From assembly GCA_041162625.1 (NCBI GenBank), contig JBEASE010000005.1, positions 263 through 64,262 of the forward strand: DNA of 64,000 nt, written 5' to 3'. The translations under genes were made by a program, and so were the position numbers. The notes beneath the pieces are model-generated. The model did no database searches. It was not told the origin of the DNA and worked only from the letters and a program-made list of their open reading frames with translations. Below are positions 1 through 9,566 of this stretch, one piece after another; position 1 is the stretch's first letter, and each line of letters begins with the position of its first letter. The DNA is from Bacteroidota bacterium. GTDB lineage: Bacteria > Bacteroidota > Bacteroidia > Chitinophagales > Chitinophagaceae.

Positions 1-284
1 TATCTATCGCGTACCCTAAAAATCCAATCGTAAGAGGGATTTGATGTACCTAAACCTACTATGTGATAAACTGGCTTGTTATTTAATTTTGTATTCGATA
101 CAGTAAAAGATGCAGTTCCAGCGTCTACATACAAACCAATCACATTATAAAAGATTTTGAATGTAATTACCTCACCTGTAGAGAAAGAAAAATTTGTGAC
201 CCCACAGAAATCATTACCAGCACTTAGCTTGATAGCGCTGATAGAAAAAGTGAGAATCAGTATGAATCTTTTGATAAATGACAT
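1..284 (-). CDS. DUF3108-like secreted protein, N-terminal part (gene runs off window start)
   Basis: Manual minus-strand translation from the ATG (rc of 282-284) gives MSFIKRFILILTFSISAIKLSAGNDFCGVTNFSFSTGEVITFKIFYNVIGLYVDAGTASFTVSN...VRDR. It stays open to position 1 and is absent from the ORF track because there is no stop in the window. It has a signal peptide and a GE..Y.v.y....aG.a.f pattern I recall from DUF3108. Confidence 0.55.
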   Translation of the reverse strand, partial: MSFIKRFILILTFSISAIKLSAGNDFCGVTNFSFSTGEVITFKIFYNVIGLYVDAGTASFTVSNTKLNNKPVYHIVGLGTSNPSYDWIFRVRDR

Positions 285-367
285 AGAACAAATATAAAAC
301 CATTGATCTATGTATTTTGTTCTAAAAATAAAAAGAACAATAATTTTTTCTTAAATCTTTATATCTA

Positions 368-1345
368 TCATTTTTTTGAAAAGTTTTTAACTAAAATTGA
401 AATTGCACCAAAACCAGCAGGGACAATCATATTGAGTATCCAAATCAATGTAATACCCATGGTTAGCCCAAATATATTGGCAGTATATGGAGCAAACACC
501 AAAATAGAGATTTGCCATCTCAGCCCCAATTCTACAAGAGAAATAGTAGGTAAAATTGATAGTACCAATAAAACAGTACTCATTGCCATTGCAGTCTGTT
601 GAAAATCTAGCGCCAAACCAATTAATCTAAACATTAACCAATACTGGAGAAGAAAAACAGCATAACGCAAAACTGACCAAAACAATACATTCAATAAAAG
701 GGATGTGGAGAGTGCTGACAGCTGTATTAATTTATGCTCCCAACGCTGTAAGAACTTTATTTTAGATAACCAGTTAAAAAAAACACCTGCTTTGAAATAG
801 ATGAATAAAAGAAGAAATGTAAACATTGGTGCGAGATAGACAAGTAAACAAACTATAACCTTGAATTGCGCAAGGCTTCCTGTTGCCAAATCACCTGCAA
901 TTAACCCGAATCCAATGCTACCAGCTACACAGGTCACAATCAATTGAGCAAAATTTCCAATAAATGTATACCCAGTGGCCTGCACACGCAGTTCTTTAGG
1001 TAGGTGCAGAACTCTTCCAATAAATTCTCCTACTCGGTTTGGTGTAGCAATTGAAAAAGAAATTCCAGAAAAAATCATCATTATTGCCTTTGCAATGGGT
1101 AAATTAATGTGTTGCCTTAACATCATTTGCCACTTTGCTGCCTCAAACATCCATTGCATCAACATGAGTAATACAAGAACAAGGAATAAAAGAATAGCAT
1201 ATACATCAAGATTTTGATATAATTGATTCAGATATGCAGGAAGATCTTTTTGTTCAGTAATTTCTTGGTATACACTTAAAAGCAGCCATGCAAATAGCAA
1301 AGGGCTGAGTATATAGTTGATGAATATTTTGATACTTTTGTCCAA
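368..1345 (-). CDS. Polytopic inner-membrane protein, flippase-like / LPG-synthase-TM (UPF0104) family candidate
   Basis: 325-aa ORF with about 8 hydrophobic spans and a TTG start. A TAATTTTG promoter motif lies 16 nt upstream. The family assignment is from recalled size and topology only. Confidence 0.6.
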   Translation of the reverse strand: MDKSIKIFINYILSPLLFAWLLLSVYQEITEQKDLPAYLNQLYQNLDVYAILLFLVLVLLMLMQWMFEAAKWQMMLRQHINLPIAKAIMMIFSGISFSIATPNRVGEFIGRVLHLPKELRVQATGYTFIGNFAQLIVTCVAGSIGFGLIAGDLATGSLAQFKVIVCLLVYLAPMFTFLLLFIYFKAGVFFNWLSKIKFLQRWEHKLIQLSALSTSLLLNVLFWSVLRYAVFLLQYWLMFRLIGLALDFQQTAMAMSTVLLVLSILPTISLVELGLRWQISILVFAPYTANIFGLTMGITLIWILNMIVPAGFGAISILVKNFSKK

Positions 1346-1361
1346 TCAGTTTACTTGAACA

Positions 1362-1369
1362 CAAAATTA
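1362..1369 (-). promoter_or_regulatory. Bacteroidota -7 promoter element (TAATTTTG on minus strand)
   Basis: Exact TAnnTTTG match 16 nt upstream of the TTG start at 1345. Confidence 0.45.
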
Positions 1370-1376
1370 AACCCAG

Positions 1377-1964
1377 TTGGTCCAGAAACATAAAATTATT
1401 TTAGGTATCGATCCTGGAACCGTAATCATGGGTTACAGTGTTTTGTCTACACTGGGCAATAAAATGGAAATGCTAGAGATGGACGTTGTGAAATTGAATG
1501 GAAAAAAGGACATGTTTGAACGATTAGGGATCATTAATCAAGTGATTCAGTCGCTAATCGACAAATACCATCCTCAGGCCATGGCCATTGAGGCTCCTTT
1601 CTTTGGCAAAAATGTTCAGAGTATGCTAAAACTTGGTAGAGCACAAGGTGTAGCAATAGCAGTAGCCATGTCGAATAAAATTGAAGTGGCAGAGTACTCA
1701 CCAAAAAAAGTAAAACAATCCATCACCGGTAATGGTAATGCAGATAAAGAGCAGATATGGAAAATGCTCAACAACATCATGCCACTAAAGCATACCTTAA
1801 AGTATTATGATGCTTCAGACGCTTTAGCAGTAGCGGTTTGTCATCACTTCAATGCCAAGGGAATGAGCACAAGCAAGACTACTAAAAAGAAGATAGCATC
1901 CAAAGCCTCAAACAGCTGGGATACTTTCATCAAGAAAAACCCAGGCCGCATCAAAGAAAAATAA
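1377..1964 (+). CDS. ruvC: Crossover junction endodeoxyribonuclease RuvC
   Basis: Contains ILGIDPGTVIMGYSV (catalytic Asp), EAPFFGKN (Glu) and DASDALAVAVCH (Asp/His). Length is 195 aa. Confidence 0.93.
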   Translation: MVQKHKIILGIDPGTVIMGYSVLSTLGNKMEMLEMDVVKLNGKKDMFERLGIINQVIQSLIDKYHPQAMAIEAPFFGKNVQSMLKLGRAQGVAIAVAMSNKIEVAEYSPKKVKQSITGNGNADKEQIWKMLNNIMPLKHTLKYYDASDALAVAVCHHFNAKGMSTSKTTKKKIASKASNSWDTFIKKNPGRIKEK

Positions 1965-1976
1965 ATTTAGATACGC

Positions 1977-2288
1977 CTATCGCTTTACAACAAAGAAATA
2001 GATAGCAGGAACAAGCAATAGGAGCTTCAATGGTTGAAACCCACCAACGAGAAGATCTAAGCTAAGATGAGCAAGAATAACTCCAAGAAATAACCAGGTG
2101 GCCCACTTTTCTCGAGACCAAATAAATGATATTGCAACAAAGCCTATGATGTTGAGTAAGACGTGTGCAGCAGGATATAGCAAACCCAATTGTGCAGATG
2201 CGCCGGTAAAGGTATAGATGATATCGAATAGTCCCAGTACAGACAAAACAGCAATGAAAGTATTAAAGACTACCGCTTGCTTTAACAT
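1977..2288 (-). CDS. Small membrane protein (3-4 TM), unknown function
   Basis: 103-aa hydrophobic ORF that fills the gap between ruvC and the HIT gene. No recognisable motif. Confidence 0.55.
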   Translation of the reverse strand: MLKQAVVFNTFIAVLSVLGLFDIIYTFTGASAQLGLLYPAAHVLLNIIGFVAISFIWSREKWATWLFLGVILAHLSLDLLVGGFQPLKLLLLVPAIYFFVVKR

Positions 2289-2292
2289 ATAT

Positions 2293-2700
2293 TTATTTAC
2301 TGATTGTTTTTAACTGATCAAGAATCTTGTTTTGCGCTGCTAACAAATCTTCCTGAGTAGGCTTCATTTTCTCACGTGTAAAATTGAGATCATCTGCTGT
2401 ATTGATAGGCACTAAATGTAAATGTGCGTGAGGCACTTCCAAGCCAATTACAGACATCCCACAACGTTTACAGGGAAAGGCCTTTTCAATGGCTCTTGCT
2501 ATTGGCTGAGCAAACTGCAATAATGATGCTAAATCATCATAGCTTAATTCATATAGTTTATCTACTTCAGTTTTGGGCACTACCAGTGTATGCCCATATA
2601 CCAAAGGAAATACATCCAAGAAAGCGTAAAACCTATCGTTCTCTGCAATTTTATAAGATGGTATTTCTCCAGAAATGATTTTTGAGAAAATAGATGCCAT
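2293..2700 (-). CDS. HIT-family (histidine triad) nucleotide hydrolase
   Basis: Histidine-triad motif HAHLHLVP. Length is 135 aa. Confidence 0.9.
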   Translation of the reverse strand: MASIFSKIISGEIPSYKIAENDRFYAFLDVFPLVYGHTLVVPKTEVDKLYELSYDDLASLLQFAQPIARAIEKAFPCKRCGMSVIGLEVPHAHLHLVPINTADDLNFTREKMKPTQEDLLAAQNKILDQLKTISK

Positions 2701-2704
2701 GGTA

Positions 2705-3175
2705 TCAAATGGATATATTATCTATTTGGAATACAATCTTGCCGTTTGGCGCTTGGATCTCTGCCACATCACCCACTTTCTTTCCTAAGAGACCCTTACC
2801 AATTGGTGAGGTCACTGAAATTTTTTGCAGTTTAAGATCAGCTTCTTTTTCAGACACAATCTGATAAGTCATTGATTTTTTTGTAGCCTTATTGGTAATC
2901 GTCACTTTTGTCAATATGGAAACTTTACTTGTGTCTATTGTAGTTGCATCTAAAATTCTTGCTGTAGCAAGCTCAGCTTCCATTCTGCTGATTTTAGCCT
3001 CTAATAAGCCTTGTGCTTCTTTTGCAGCATCATATTCAGCATTTTCCTTCAAATCCCCTTTCTCTCTTGCTTCTGCAATTGCTTTTGAGGCGGCTGGACG
3101 TTCTACTGCCTTCATATGTTGAAGTTCAGCACGCATTTGCTCTAGTGTTTCTTTGGTTACATACATTACACTCAT
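2705..3175 (-). CDS. greA: Transcription elongation factor GreA
   Basis: 156 aa with an N-terminal coiled coil (GDLKENAEYDAAKEAQ) and a C-terminal globular domain (SPIGKGLLGKKVGD). Confidence 0.93.
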   Translation of the reverse strand: MSVMYVTKETLEQMRAELQHMKAVERPAASKAIAEAREKGDLKENAEYDAAKEAQGLLEAKISRMEAELATARILDATTIDTSKVSILTKVTITNKATKKSMTYQIVSEKEADLKLQKISVTSPIGKGLLGKKVGDVAEIQAPNGKIVFQIDNISI

Positions 3176-3205
3176 ACGGTAGGTAGTTTTTCAGTTGCTT
3201 GATTT

Positions 3206-3246
3206 GAAAAAAATAGCAACGCCCCAGAAAAATCTGAAGCGTTGCT
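3206..3246 (-). terminator. Intrinsic terminator-like hairpin plus U-run between the dehydrogenase gene and greA
   Basis: On the minus strand, AGCAACGC (3246-3239) pairs with GCGTTGCT (3222-3215) around a 16-nt loop, followed by ATTTTTTT (3214-3206). The U-run ends only 30 nt before the greA ATG. Confidence 0.6.
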
Positions 3247-3252
3247 GTAATG

Positions 3253-3260
3253 CAAAGTTA
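3253..3260 (-). promoter_or_regulatory. -7 promoter-like element TAACTTTG immediately upstream of the hairpin
   Basis: Exact TAnnTTTG match on the minus strand, 6 nt before the hairpin and 77 nt before the greA ATG. Confidence 0.35.
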
Positions 3261-3274
3261 ATCAATTTTTGAAA

Positions 3275-4213
3275 TCAGCCTATATTTGCCTGATCGAGCT
3301 TGAAAATCAACACTTTAGCCATTTTTTCAAGGGCTTCTTGGCTATAACCAGCAATATGCGGAGTAACCCACATATCTTCTCTATTAGCCAACAGAAGTAG
3401 GTCATCCATTTGTGTTGGTGAATAAGCTTCAATATTTTCATCCTCAATCACATCTAATCCAGCTGAAATGACCTTACCATTCTCTAAGGCATGCACCAAT
3501 GCATTTGTGTCAACAACTTGGCCTCTGCTTGCGTTAATCAAATAAATTGGTTTTTGCAGAGCGTTAAAAAAAGTAGTATTTGCATAATGATGTGTTTCCA
3601 GTGTTAAAGGCAAATGGAAACTTATAATATCTGAATTTTTTTGTAATTCACCTAATGATGCCTCCTGTATATGTTGTTCTGCAAATCCCTTCTTGTACTT
3701 ATCATGAGCCAAAACTTTAACTCCAAAGGGTGCCAATAATGCTGCAAAGGCAGAACCAGTATTGCCATAGCCAATGATGCCTACAGTTTTTCCGCCAAGT
3801 TCAACACCGCGATTTGATTCTCTCAACCATTTACCTTTTCTTACTTGTAGCCCCGATCTAAAAACATTATGCATCATGGAAAGCAATACACCGAGACATT
3901 GTTCTGCTACTGTGTCTTTGTTGCCTTCCGGACTACTCATGCAAATGATATTTTTTTGTGTAGCATAATCAATGTCGATGATTTCCATACCGCTGCCTAA
4001 TCGCCCAATCCATTTTAGTTGCACAGCAGCATCTATTAATTGTTTATCTACATTGATCCTAGTTGTAACAACCATTCCATGATAAAAATGGATTTGATTG
4101 ACTAATTCATCATAGGTGATATTTTCCATCACATCTACTGCAAATCCTCGCTGCACAAGGGCTTCCTGCAAATAAGGATGCGCATAGGCTGTTATGATTA
4201 CACGAGGTTTCAA
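3275..4213 (-). CDS. D-isomer-specific 2-hydroxyacid dehydrogenase (phosphoglycerate dehydrogenase-like)
   Basis: NAD-binding GIIGYGNTGSAFA and a catalytic Arg/Glu/His pattern (ASRGQVVD, DVIEDE, TPHIAGYS). Confidence 0.85.
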   Translation of the reverse strand: MKPRVIITAYAHPYLQEALVQRGFAVDVMENITYDELVNQIHFYHGMVVTTRINVDKQLIDAAVQLKWIGRLGSGMEIIDIDYATQKNIICMSSPEGNKDTVAEQCLGVLLSMMHNVFRSGLQVRKGKWLRESNRGVELGGKTVGIIGYGNTGSAFAALLAPFGVKVLAHDKYKKGFAEQHIQEASLGELQKNSDIISFHLPLTLETHHYANTTFFNALQKPIYLINASRGQVVDTNALVHALENGKVISAGLDVIEDENIEAYSPTQMDDLLLLANREDMWVTPHIAGYSQEALEKMAKVLIFKLDQANIG

Positions 4214-4962
4214 TTCATTCTCTTTAATATATCAACAAAATCCTGGACATAAAGTTGTTCTGCTCGCTTGGTAAAAATTGGATCCTGTAACACCTCTGTT
4301 TTAAAATAGGGCTTTAAGGGATTTCTTAGCTGCTTTCTTCTTTGCCCAAAAGCCGCCTTTACCAGAACCAGAAACTTTCTGTGTTGTTGAATCTCATATG
4401 GATTGCCGAGATAATCAAATTGAATGACACCACTTTTAACTTTTGGAGGGGGATTAAACGCTTCTTCTTCCACATCAAAAAGATAGGTGGTTTTAAAATA
4501 AGCTTGCGAAAGCACACTTAGAATACCATATTCTTTGTTACCCGGACCAGCACAAATTCTCTCAGCTACTTCCTTCTGAAACATACCAATCATTGTTTCC
4601 ACCTGTTCTCTCCATTCAATTACCTTGAAGACAATTTGAGTTGAAATGTTATATGGGAAATTACCAATCAAGGTGAATGGTTTATCAAATGGCATGTTTA
4701 CTTCCAATATGCTTTCTTCAGTGATTTTTCCAACTAATTGCGGGTAGGTTTTATGAAGAAATTCTACTTTTTCCTTGTCTATCTCTACTAATTTGAAGTC
4801 GATATTAGATAGCTGAACCAAATACTTTGTTAAAGCACCACCACCCGGACCAACCTCTAATAACCGCTGAAACTGCTTTTGTTGCAGGACTTCAACAATC
4901 CTAAGACAAACGCTTTCGTCTTTAAGAAAATGCTGTCCCAGTGATTTTTTAAGTGTATACAT
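4210..4962 (-). CDS. rsmA: 16S rRNA (adenine1518/1519-N6)-dimethyltransferase
   Basis: SAM motif LEVGPGGGALT and GNFPYNIST. There is a 4-nt overlap with the downstream gene. Confidence 0.92.
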   Translation of the reverse strand: MYTLKKSLGQHFLKDESVCLRIVEVLQQKQFQRLLEVGPGGGALTKYLVQLSNIDFKLVEIDKEKVEFLHKTYPQLVGKITEESILEVNMPFDKPFTLIGNFPYNISTQIVFKVIEWREQVETMIGMFQKEVAERICAGPGNKEYGILSVLSQAYFKTTYLFDVEEEAFNPPPKVKSGVIQFDYLGNPYEIQQHRKFLVLVKAAFGQRRKQLRNPLKPYFKTEVLQDPIFTKRAEQLYVQDFVDILKRMN

Positions 4963-5030
4963 GTATTCAAAATTAAGACAAAGATCCCCGTTTTCATTGT
5001 ACCTTTACACTTTGAATAAATGTTGAAGCG

Positions 5031-6110
5031 ATGAGTGTAAAAAAAGGGCCAGTTATTGGTATTTCTGTAGGCGATCTTAACGGCATTGGTATTGAACTTA
5101 TCATCAAAACCTTCGCTGATAGTCGCATTACAGAATTTTGCACCCCAGTTTTATTTGGATCAAACAAAATCATCAACTTTTACAGAAAGTCGATGCCCGA
5201 AATAAACATCAACTACAACAATATCAAAGAAATTGCAAAAGCCAATCCCAAACAGTTGAACATTTTTTCAGCATGGGAAGAGGATGTAGAAATTCAACCA
5301 GGTCAAGCTAATGCCATTGGTGGAAAATATGGAGTTCTTTCTTTGCAAGCAGCAGTTAAAGCCTTAAAAGGAAATGAAATTGATGCTTTGGTTACAGCAC
5401 CACTCAATAAACACACCATGCAAAGTGGTGACTTCAATTTTACAGGACACACCCCTTTTCTAAAAGAAGTATTTAAAGCTGATGATGTTGTAATGTTGAT
5501 GGTAGCCGAAAATATGAAAGTCGCTTTGCTTACCGAGCATGTAGCTATTGGGGATGTTGCAAAAAACATCACAAAAGAACAAATTATCAAAAAAATAAAC
5601 CTGCTAAAAACTAGTCTTAAAAAAGATTTTGGTATTGATAAGCCAAAGATTGCAGTACTCGGACTCAATCCTCATGCGGGTGATGAAGGACTAGTGGGCA
5701 AAGAAGAAAAAGAGATCATCAGACCTGCTGTGTTGGAAGCCAAGAAAAATGATTGTGTGGTAATGGGACCTTATAGTGCTGATGCATTCTTCGCAAGAGG
5801 TAGTCACGAAAAATTTGATGCTGTACTTGCCATGTACCACGACCAAGGATTGATTCCCTTTAAATCACTTGCACTTGGTGAAGGCACAAATTTCACAGCA
5901 GGCTTACCCGTTATCAGAACTTCTCCAGATCATGGAACTGCGTTTGATATAGCTGGTAAAAACCTCGCTGACGAAGCTTCATTCAGACAAGCCATATTCA
6001 CCGCTATTGATATTTATGAGACAAGAATGGGCTATGGAACTCGAAATCCATTAAGGAAAATTTCAGCTCAAGTAGTTGCAAATGCTGTAGATGAGAAATT
6101 AGAAGAATAG
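5031..6110 (+). CDS. pdxA: 4-hydroxythreonine-4-phosphate dehydrogenase
   Basis: Motifs GDLNGIGIE, LNPHAGDEG, MYHDQGL and RTSPDHGTAFDIAG. Confidence 0.93.
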   Translation: MSVKKGPVIGISVGDLNGIGIELIIKTFADSRITEFCTPVLFGSNKIINFYRKSMPEININYNNIKEIAKANPKQLNIFSAWEEDVEIQPGQANAIGGKYGVLSLQAAVKALKGNEIDALVTAPLNKHTMQSGDFNFTGHTPFLKEVFKADDVVMLMVAENMKVALLTEHVAIGDVAKNITKEQIIKKINLLKTSLKKDFGIDKPKIAVLGLNPHAGDEGLVGKEEKEIIRPAVLEAKKNDCVVMGPYSADAFFARGSHEKFDAVLAMYHDQGLIPFKSLALGEGTNFTAGLPVIRTSPDHGTAFDIAGKNLADEASFRQAIFTAIDIYETRMGYGTRNPLRKISAQVVANAVDEKLEE

Positions 6111-6121
6111 CTAATTTAAAA

Positions 6122-6877
6122 TTGAATGATATGAAAACCATTAAGCTCTTGGTTGCATGTTTAATTTTATTTCTACAAAACACAAGCGCTCAAGAAATTA
6201 AAATAGATTCTACTCAGAAGATAGATAAAAATATTATCAAAATAAATTTGATAGGCTTTTCCATTAATGGTCAGTATGAAAGAATTTTAAGCAAAAGAAT
6301 ATCCCTAACACTCTCCTACAAAATTCTTCCTTCAGGCAAATTTATATTTAGGGGGTTAATTCCTGTATCAGACCCTCAAGCAAGACAAGAATTGGATAAT
6401 TTAATTGTTTCCAATTCTGCTTTTACTCCGGAAATAAGATTTTATACTGGCAAGAAAGGATATGGGCAAGGTTTCTATCTAGCCCCTTTTTATCGTAGTG
6501 CAAAATTTGGAGGTAAAGGAATTGGCATTGATTTTACTTTAGATAATGGACGGTCTGCTACCTTTAACATGGAAGGTGAAATCAAGAGCAGCACTTTCGG
6601 TTTATTACTAGGTGCACAATGGAAATTGGGGAAACATTTCTGGTTAGATTGGCAAATTCTAGGACCGCATTACGGTAGTTCAAAAGGAAATATTATTGGT
6701 AATTCAACTATTTCGCTTAGCGCTAACGAACAAACTAGCTTAAGAAATGCATTGCTAGATATTAATTTACCATTTTCAAACGAAAAAGTAACGGTAGAGG
6801 CTAATAAGGCAGTATTAGAACTAAATGGCCCTTGGGCTGGACTCAGAACAGGACTCTCCTTGGGCTTTGGTTTCTAA
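6122..6877 (+). CDS. Predicted outer-membrane beta-barrel protein, unknown function
   Basis: Signal peptide (LVACLILFLQNTSAQE), alternating amphipathic segments and a C-terminal ...LSLGFGF ending in Phe. The start may be the internal ATG (MKTIKL). Confidence 0.65.
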   Translation: MNDMKTIKLLVACLILFLQNTSAQEIKIDSTQKIDKNIIKINLIGFSINGQYERILSKRISLTLSYKILPSGKFIFRGLIPVSDPQARQELDNLIVSNSAFTPEIRFYTGKKGYGQGFYLAPFYRSAKFGGKGIGIDFTLDNGRSATFNMEGEIKSSTFGLLLGAQWKLGKHFWLDWQILGPHYGSSKGNIIGNSTISLSANEQTSLRNALLDINLPFSNEKVTVEANKAVLELNGPWAGLRTGLSLGFGF

Positions 6878-6878
6878 A

Positions 6879-7577
6879 TTAATTTGTTGCAGTAAATACT
6901 TCCTGTTTTAATCCTTTGTTTACTTCATAAGTCTGATAAACAATCTCAATTCTACCTTTATTACTGAGTGGCTTAGACGGCTTTTGTTTATTGCCTACTC
7001 CTGCATCATATTCAAATGTGATTCCTTTAGGTAGTTTATAATCTTTGGTATTAAATATCATGATGGCTTTATCTGGCAAGCCCCATTTGGCATATTTACC
7101 ATAATCCATCTCCATCTCGTAGGTACCGTTTTCTTTGGTTGATGTGATTGACTTACGAATAAGTATCGCCTTATCATCAACGTATAAAGTTGTTAATACA
7201 ACATCTGAGTTCATGTCATTGGGTATCAATTTGATCATTGCCAAATCCTGATCTTTCCACTTGATTCTTCCTGCTAATAAAGCAGTATAATTTCCATCGG
7301 CAATCATGGCACTCATATTCACTTTGATACCACCTTTAGGAAGTACAGAAATGCCACCATCCTTTTTGATGCGAAACAAATCAGGGTATTTGTAAAATAT
7401 TCGTACAGCAGAGATAGGAATTTTTAAAAACGCAACATCAGTTTTGAGTTTGCCAACCGCTTCGTAATCTTTTACAGAAACTAACTTAGCTTTTAACTTT
7501 GTTACAATTTCGTCAGCAGTCTGCGCAAATGAAATTTGCTTACTAAAAAGTAAAATAAATACTAATAATTTCCTCAT
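6879..7577 (-). CDS. LolA-like outer-membrane lipoprotein-sorting fold protein
   Basis: Signal peptide, then ADEIVTKLKAKL..V.DYEA..K..T, the pattern I recall from LolA-like proteins. Length is 232 aa. Confidence 0.6.
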   Translation of the reverse strand: MRKLLVFILLFSKQISFAQTADEIVTKLKAKLVSVKDYEAVGKLKTDVAFLKIPISAVRIFYKYPDLFRIKKDGGISVLPKGGIKVNMSAMIADGNYTALLAGRIKWKDQDLAMIKLIPNDMNSDVVLTTLYVDDKAILIRKSITSTKENGTYEMEMDYGKYAKWGLPDKAIMIFNTKDYKLPKGITFEYDAGVGNKQKPSKPLSNKGRIEIVYQTYEVNKGLKQEVFTATN

Positions 7578-7620
7578 GTTCTAAAAACAACAAGATGATT
7601 TAAATGTTCGAGATGCTTGT

Positions 7621-8532
7621 CTAAAATGCATCAGACTCACGATAGGCTTTTATCAAGGCGAGTTCACCCTCTTTTCCTTTAATTGAATTCCCATGTTCCA
7701 TGCCCATCACTCCTCTGTAACCTTTATTGTAGATGTGCTTGAAAATATTCTTGTAATTCATCTCTCCTGTGGTAGGCTCATTTCTACCAGGATTGTCTCC
7801 TATTTGAAAATAACCTATTTCATCCCATGTACGATCAATATTTGCTATGATATTACCTTCATTGCGTTGCATATGGTACATATCAAACAATATTTTACAA
7901 GATGGACTATTGACAGCTTTGCAAATCATATAGGCCTGTGTAGAATAGCGAAGGAAAAGATCTGGATTATCACTCAATGGCTCCAACACCATCACCAAAC
8001 CATTGCGCTCTAAAATTTCCGAACCTTTCCTTAATGCATCAATAACATGTGCCGTCTGCATATCAATAGGCTGTGAACGATCAAAGTTACCGGGAACGAC
8101 AGTCATCCATTTGGCATTGCATCTTTTAGCAACCTCAACTGCCCTGTTACAATCTTTAACAATTAAGTCCTTAAATTCTTGTTTCCCAGTCGCCAAACTC
8201 ATCTTCCAATGCCAAGCATTACTGGTAATCACAAATACTCCCATTTGCATACCCAACTTGGCAAGTGTATCACCAATCTTGGCTTGCATTTCTGGAGTGC
8301 GGTCCATCATGCCATTGTCTTCAATTGAACGAAAACCATGCTCATAGCCAAACTTGATTTGATCTATAAAATCTTTACCAGCATGAGCAGCAAACATACC
8401 ATCATGAAACCCATAATTCAATTGAAAAGGCTTGTTCTCATTGGGCTTGGTTGTTTGTCCAAATAGAGAAAAACCAGGTAAAACAGCAGCTGTTGCCATT
8501 GAAGTATTTTTTAAAAACCCTCTGCGTTGCAT
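7621..8532 (-). CDS. Tat-exported xylose-isomerase-like TIM-barrel protein (hydroxypyruvate isomerase / sugar-phosphate isomerase-epimerase family)
   Basis: Twin-arginine leader MQRRGFLKNTSMATAAVLPG. Motifs FRSIE, VLEPL and GMEHG resemble AP-endonuclease-2/TIM-barrel family members. Confidence 0.8.
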   Translation of the reverse strand: MQRRGFLKNTSMATAAVLPGFSLFGQTTKPNENKPFQLNYGFHDGMFAAHAGKDFIDQIKFGYEHGFRSIEDNGMMDRTPEMQAKIGDTLAKLGMQMGVFVITSNAWHWKMSLATGKQEFKDLIVKDCNRAVEVAKRCNAKWMTVVPGNFDRSQPIDMQTAHVIDALRKGSEILERNGLVMVLEPLSDNPDLFLRYSTQAYMICKAVNSPSCKILFDMYHMQRNEGNIIANIDRTWDEIGYFQIGDNPGRNEPTTGEMNYKNIFKHIYNKGYRGVMGMEHGNSIKGKEGELALIKAYRESDAF

Positions 8533-8605
8533 AATTGAAATTTAAGCTTGATAAAATAGCAATTGATACGTACAATTTAACTAAAATTGCATGAAATAGC
8601 CTGCA

Positions 8606-9550
8606 TTGAAAAGATTAATCTTTATTTCATTTATTGTTGTGTTCATGATAGGTTCTAACACAGCACAAACTTCAACCAATAAATCAGAACTAATCACTTT
8701 ACCAGGTTCTAGTCAGCAACTAAAACTCATCCATATACCTGCTGGAAATTTCAAGATGGGAAATGCAAATGGAAAAGCAAACGAACAACCAGTAAAACAG
8801 GTACAAGTTTCAGCATTTTGGATAGGTGCTTATGAAGTAACACACGACCAATACAATGTATTTTTCAGAGATGAAAATTTATCACAAGGCTCCAAGGTTG
8901 ATGCTGTAACGCGACCAACAGCTCAATATATAGACCTAAGTTGGAACATGGGAAAGGAAGGTGGATTCCCCATGAACAGCATGAGTGTTGATGCTGCGAT
9001 GATGTTCTGCAAATGGCTTTGGCAACAAACCGGCATTTTTTATAGATTGCCCTCAGAGGCAGAATGGGAATATGCCTGCAGAGCAGGTTCTAACACAAAC
9101 TATTTTTATGGAAATGACCCAAAGTTTCTCAGTCAATTTGCTTGGTTCAAAAGCAACAGCAAAGAGAAATACCAAAAAGTAGGCACAAAAAAACCAAATG
9201 CATGGGGACTGTACGACATGTTGGGAAATGTTGCAGAATGGACATTAGACCAATATGATTCAGCATATTTGATGAAAATAACAGAAGGACAGTTGGATCC
9301 TGTTAGAGTGCCCAGTACAAGATATCCTAGAAGTATTAGAGGAGGATCTTATCTTGATGTTGCAAATGCCTTAACTGTAAGTAGAAGAAATTATTCTTTG
9401 CCCAGCTGGAACAAAAGAGATCCTCAGATTCCCAAAAGCAGGTGGTGGCTGACTGATGGTATGTTTGTTGGATTTAGAATAGTTCGACCAGAAAAACAAC
9501 CTAGTGCTGAAGAAGCTGAAAAATTCTATAAATTGTATCTAGAATATTAA
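8606..9550 (+). CDS. Secreted FGE/SUMF1-fold domain protein (apparently lacking the FGE catalytic Cys pair)
   Basis: TTG start and a signal peptide. Motifs RLPSEAEWEYACRAG, GNVAEWT, RGGSY and VGFRIVR. There is no Cys after RGGSY, where FGE has CxxxxC. Confidence 0.8.
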   Translation: MKRLIFISFIVVFMIGSNTAQTSTNKSELITLPGSSQQLKLIHIPAGNFKMGNANGKANEQPVKQVQVSAFWIGAYEVTHDQYNVFFRDENLSQGSKVDAVTRPTAQYIDLSWNMGKEGGFPMNSMSVDAAMMFCKWLWQQTGIFYRLPSEAEWEYACRAGSNTNYFYGNDPKFLSQFAWFKSNSKEKYQKVGTKKPNAWGLYDMLGNVAEWTLDQYDSAYLMKITEGQLDPVRVPSTRYPRSIRGGSYLDVANALTVSRRNYSLPSWNKRDPQIPKSRWWLTDGMFVGFRIVRPEKQPSAEEAEKFYKLYLEY

Positions 9551-9566
9551 TCACAAAACAACAACG

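Noticed and set aside
303-602. 99-aa plus-strand ORF at the left end.
   Set aside because: It overlaps the 3' part of the 325-aa minus-strand membrane protein gene, which has a promoter motif and a coherent TM topology. The plus-strand product looks like junk.
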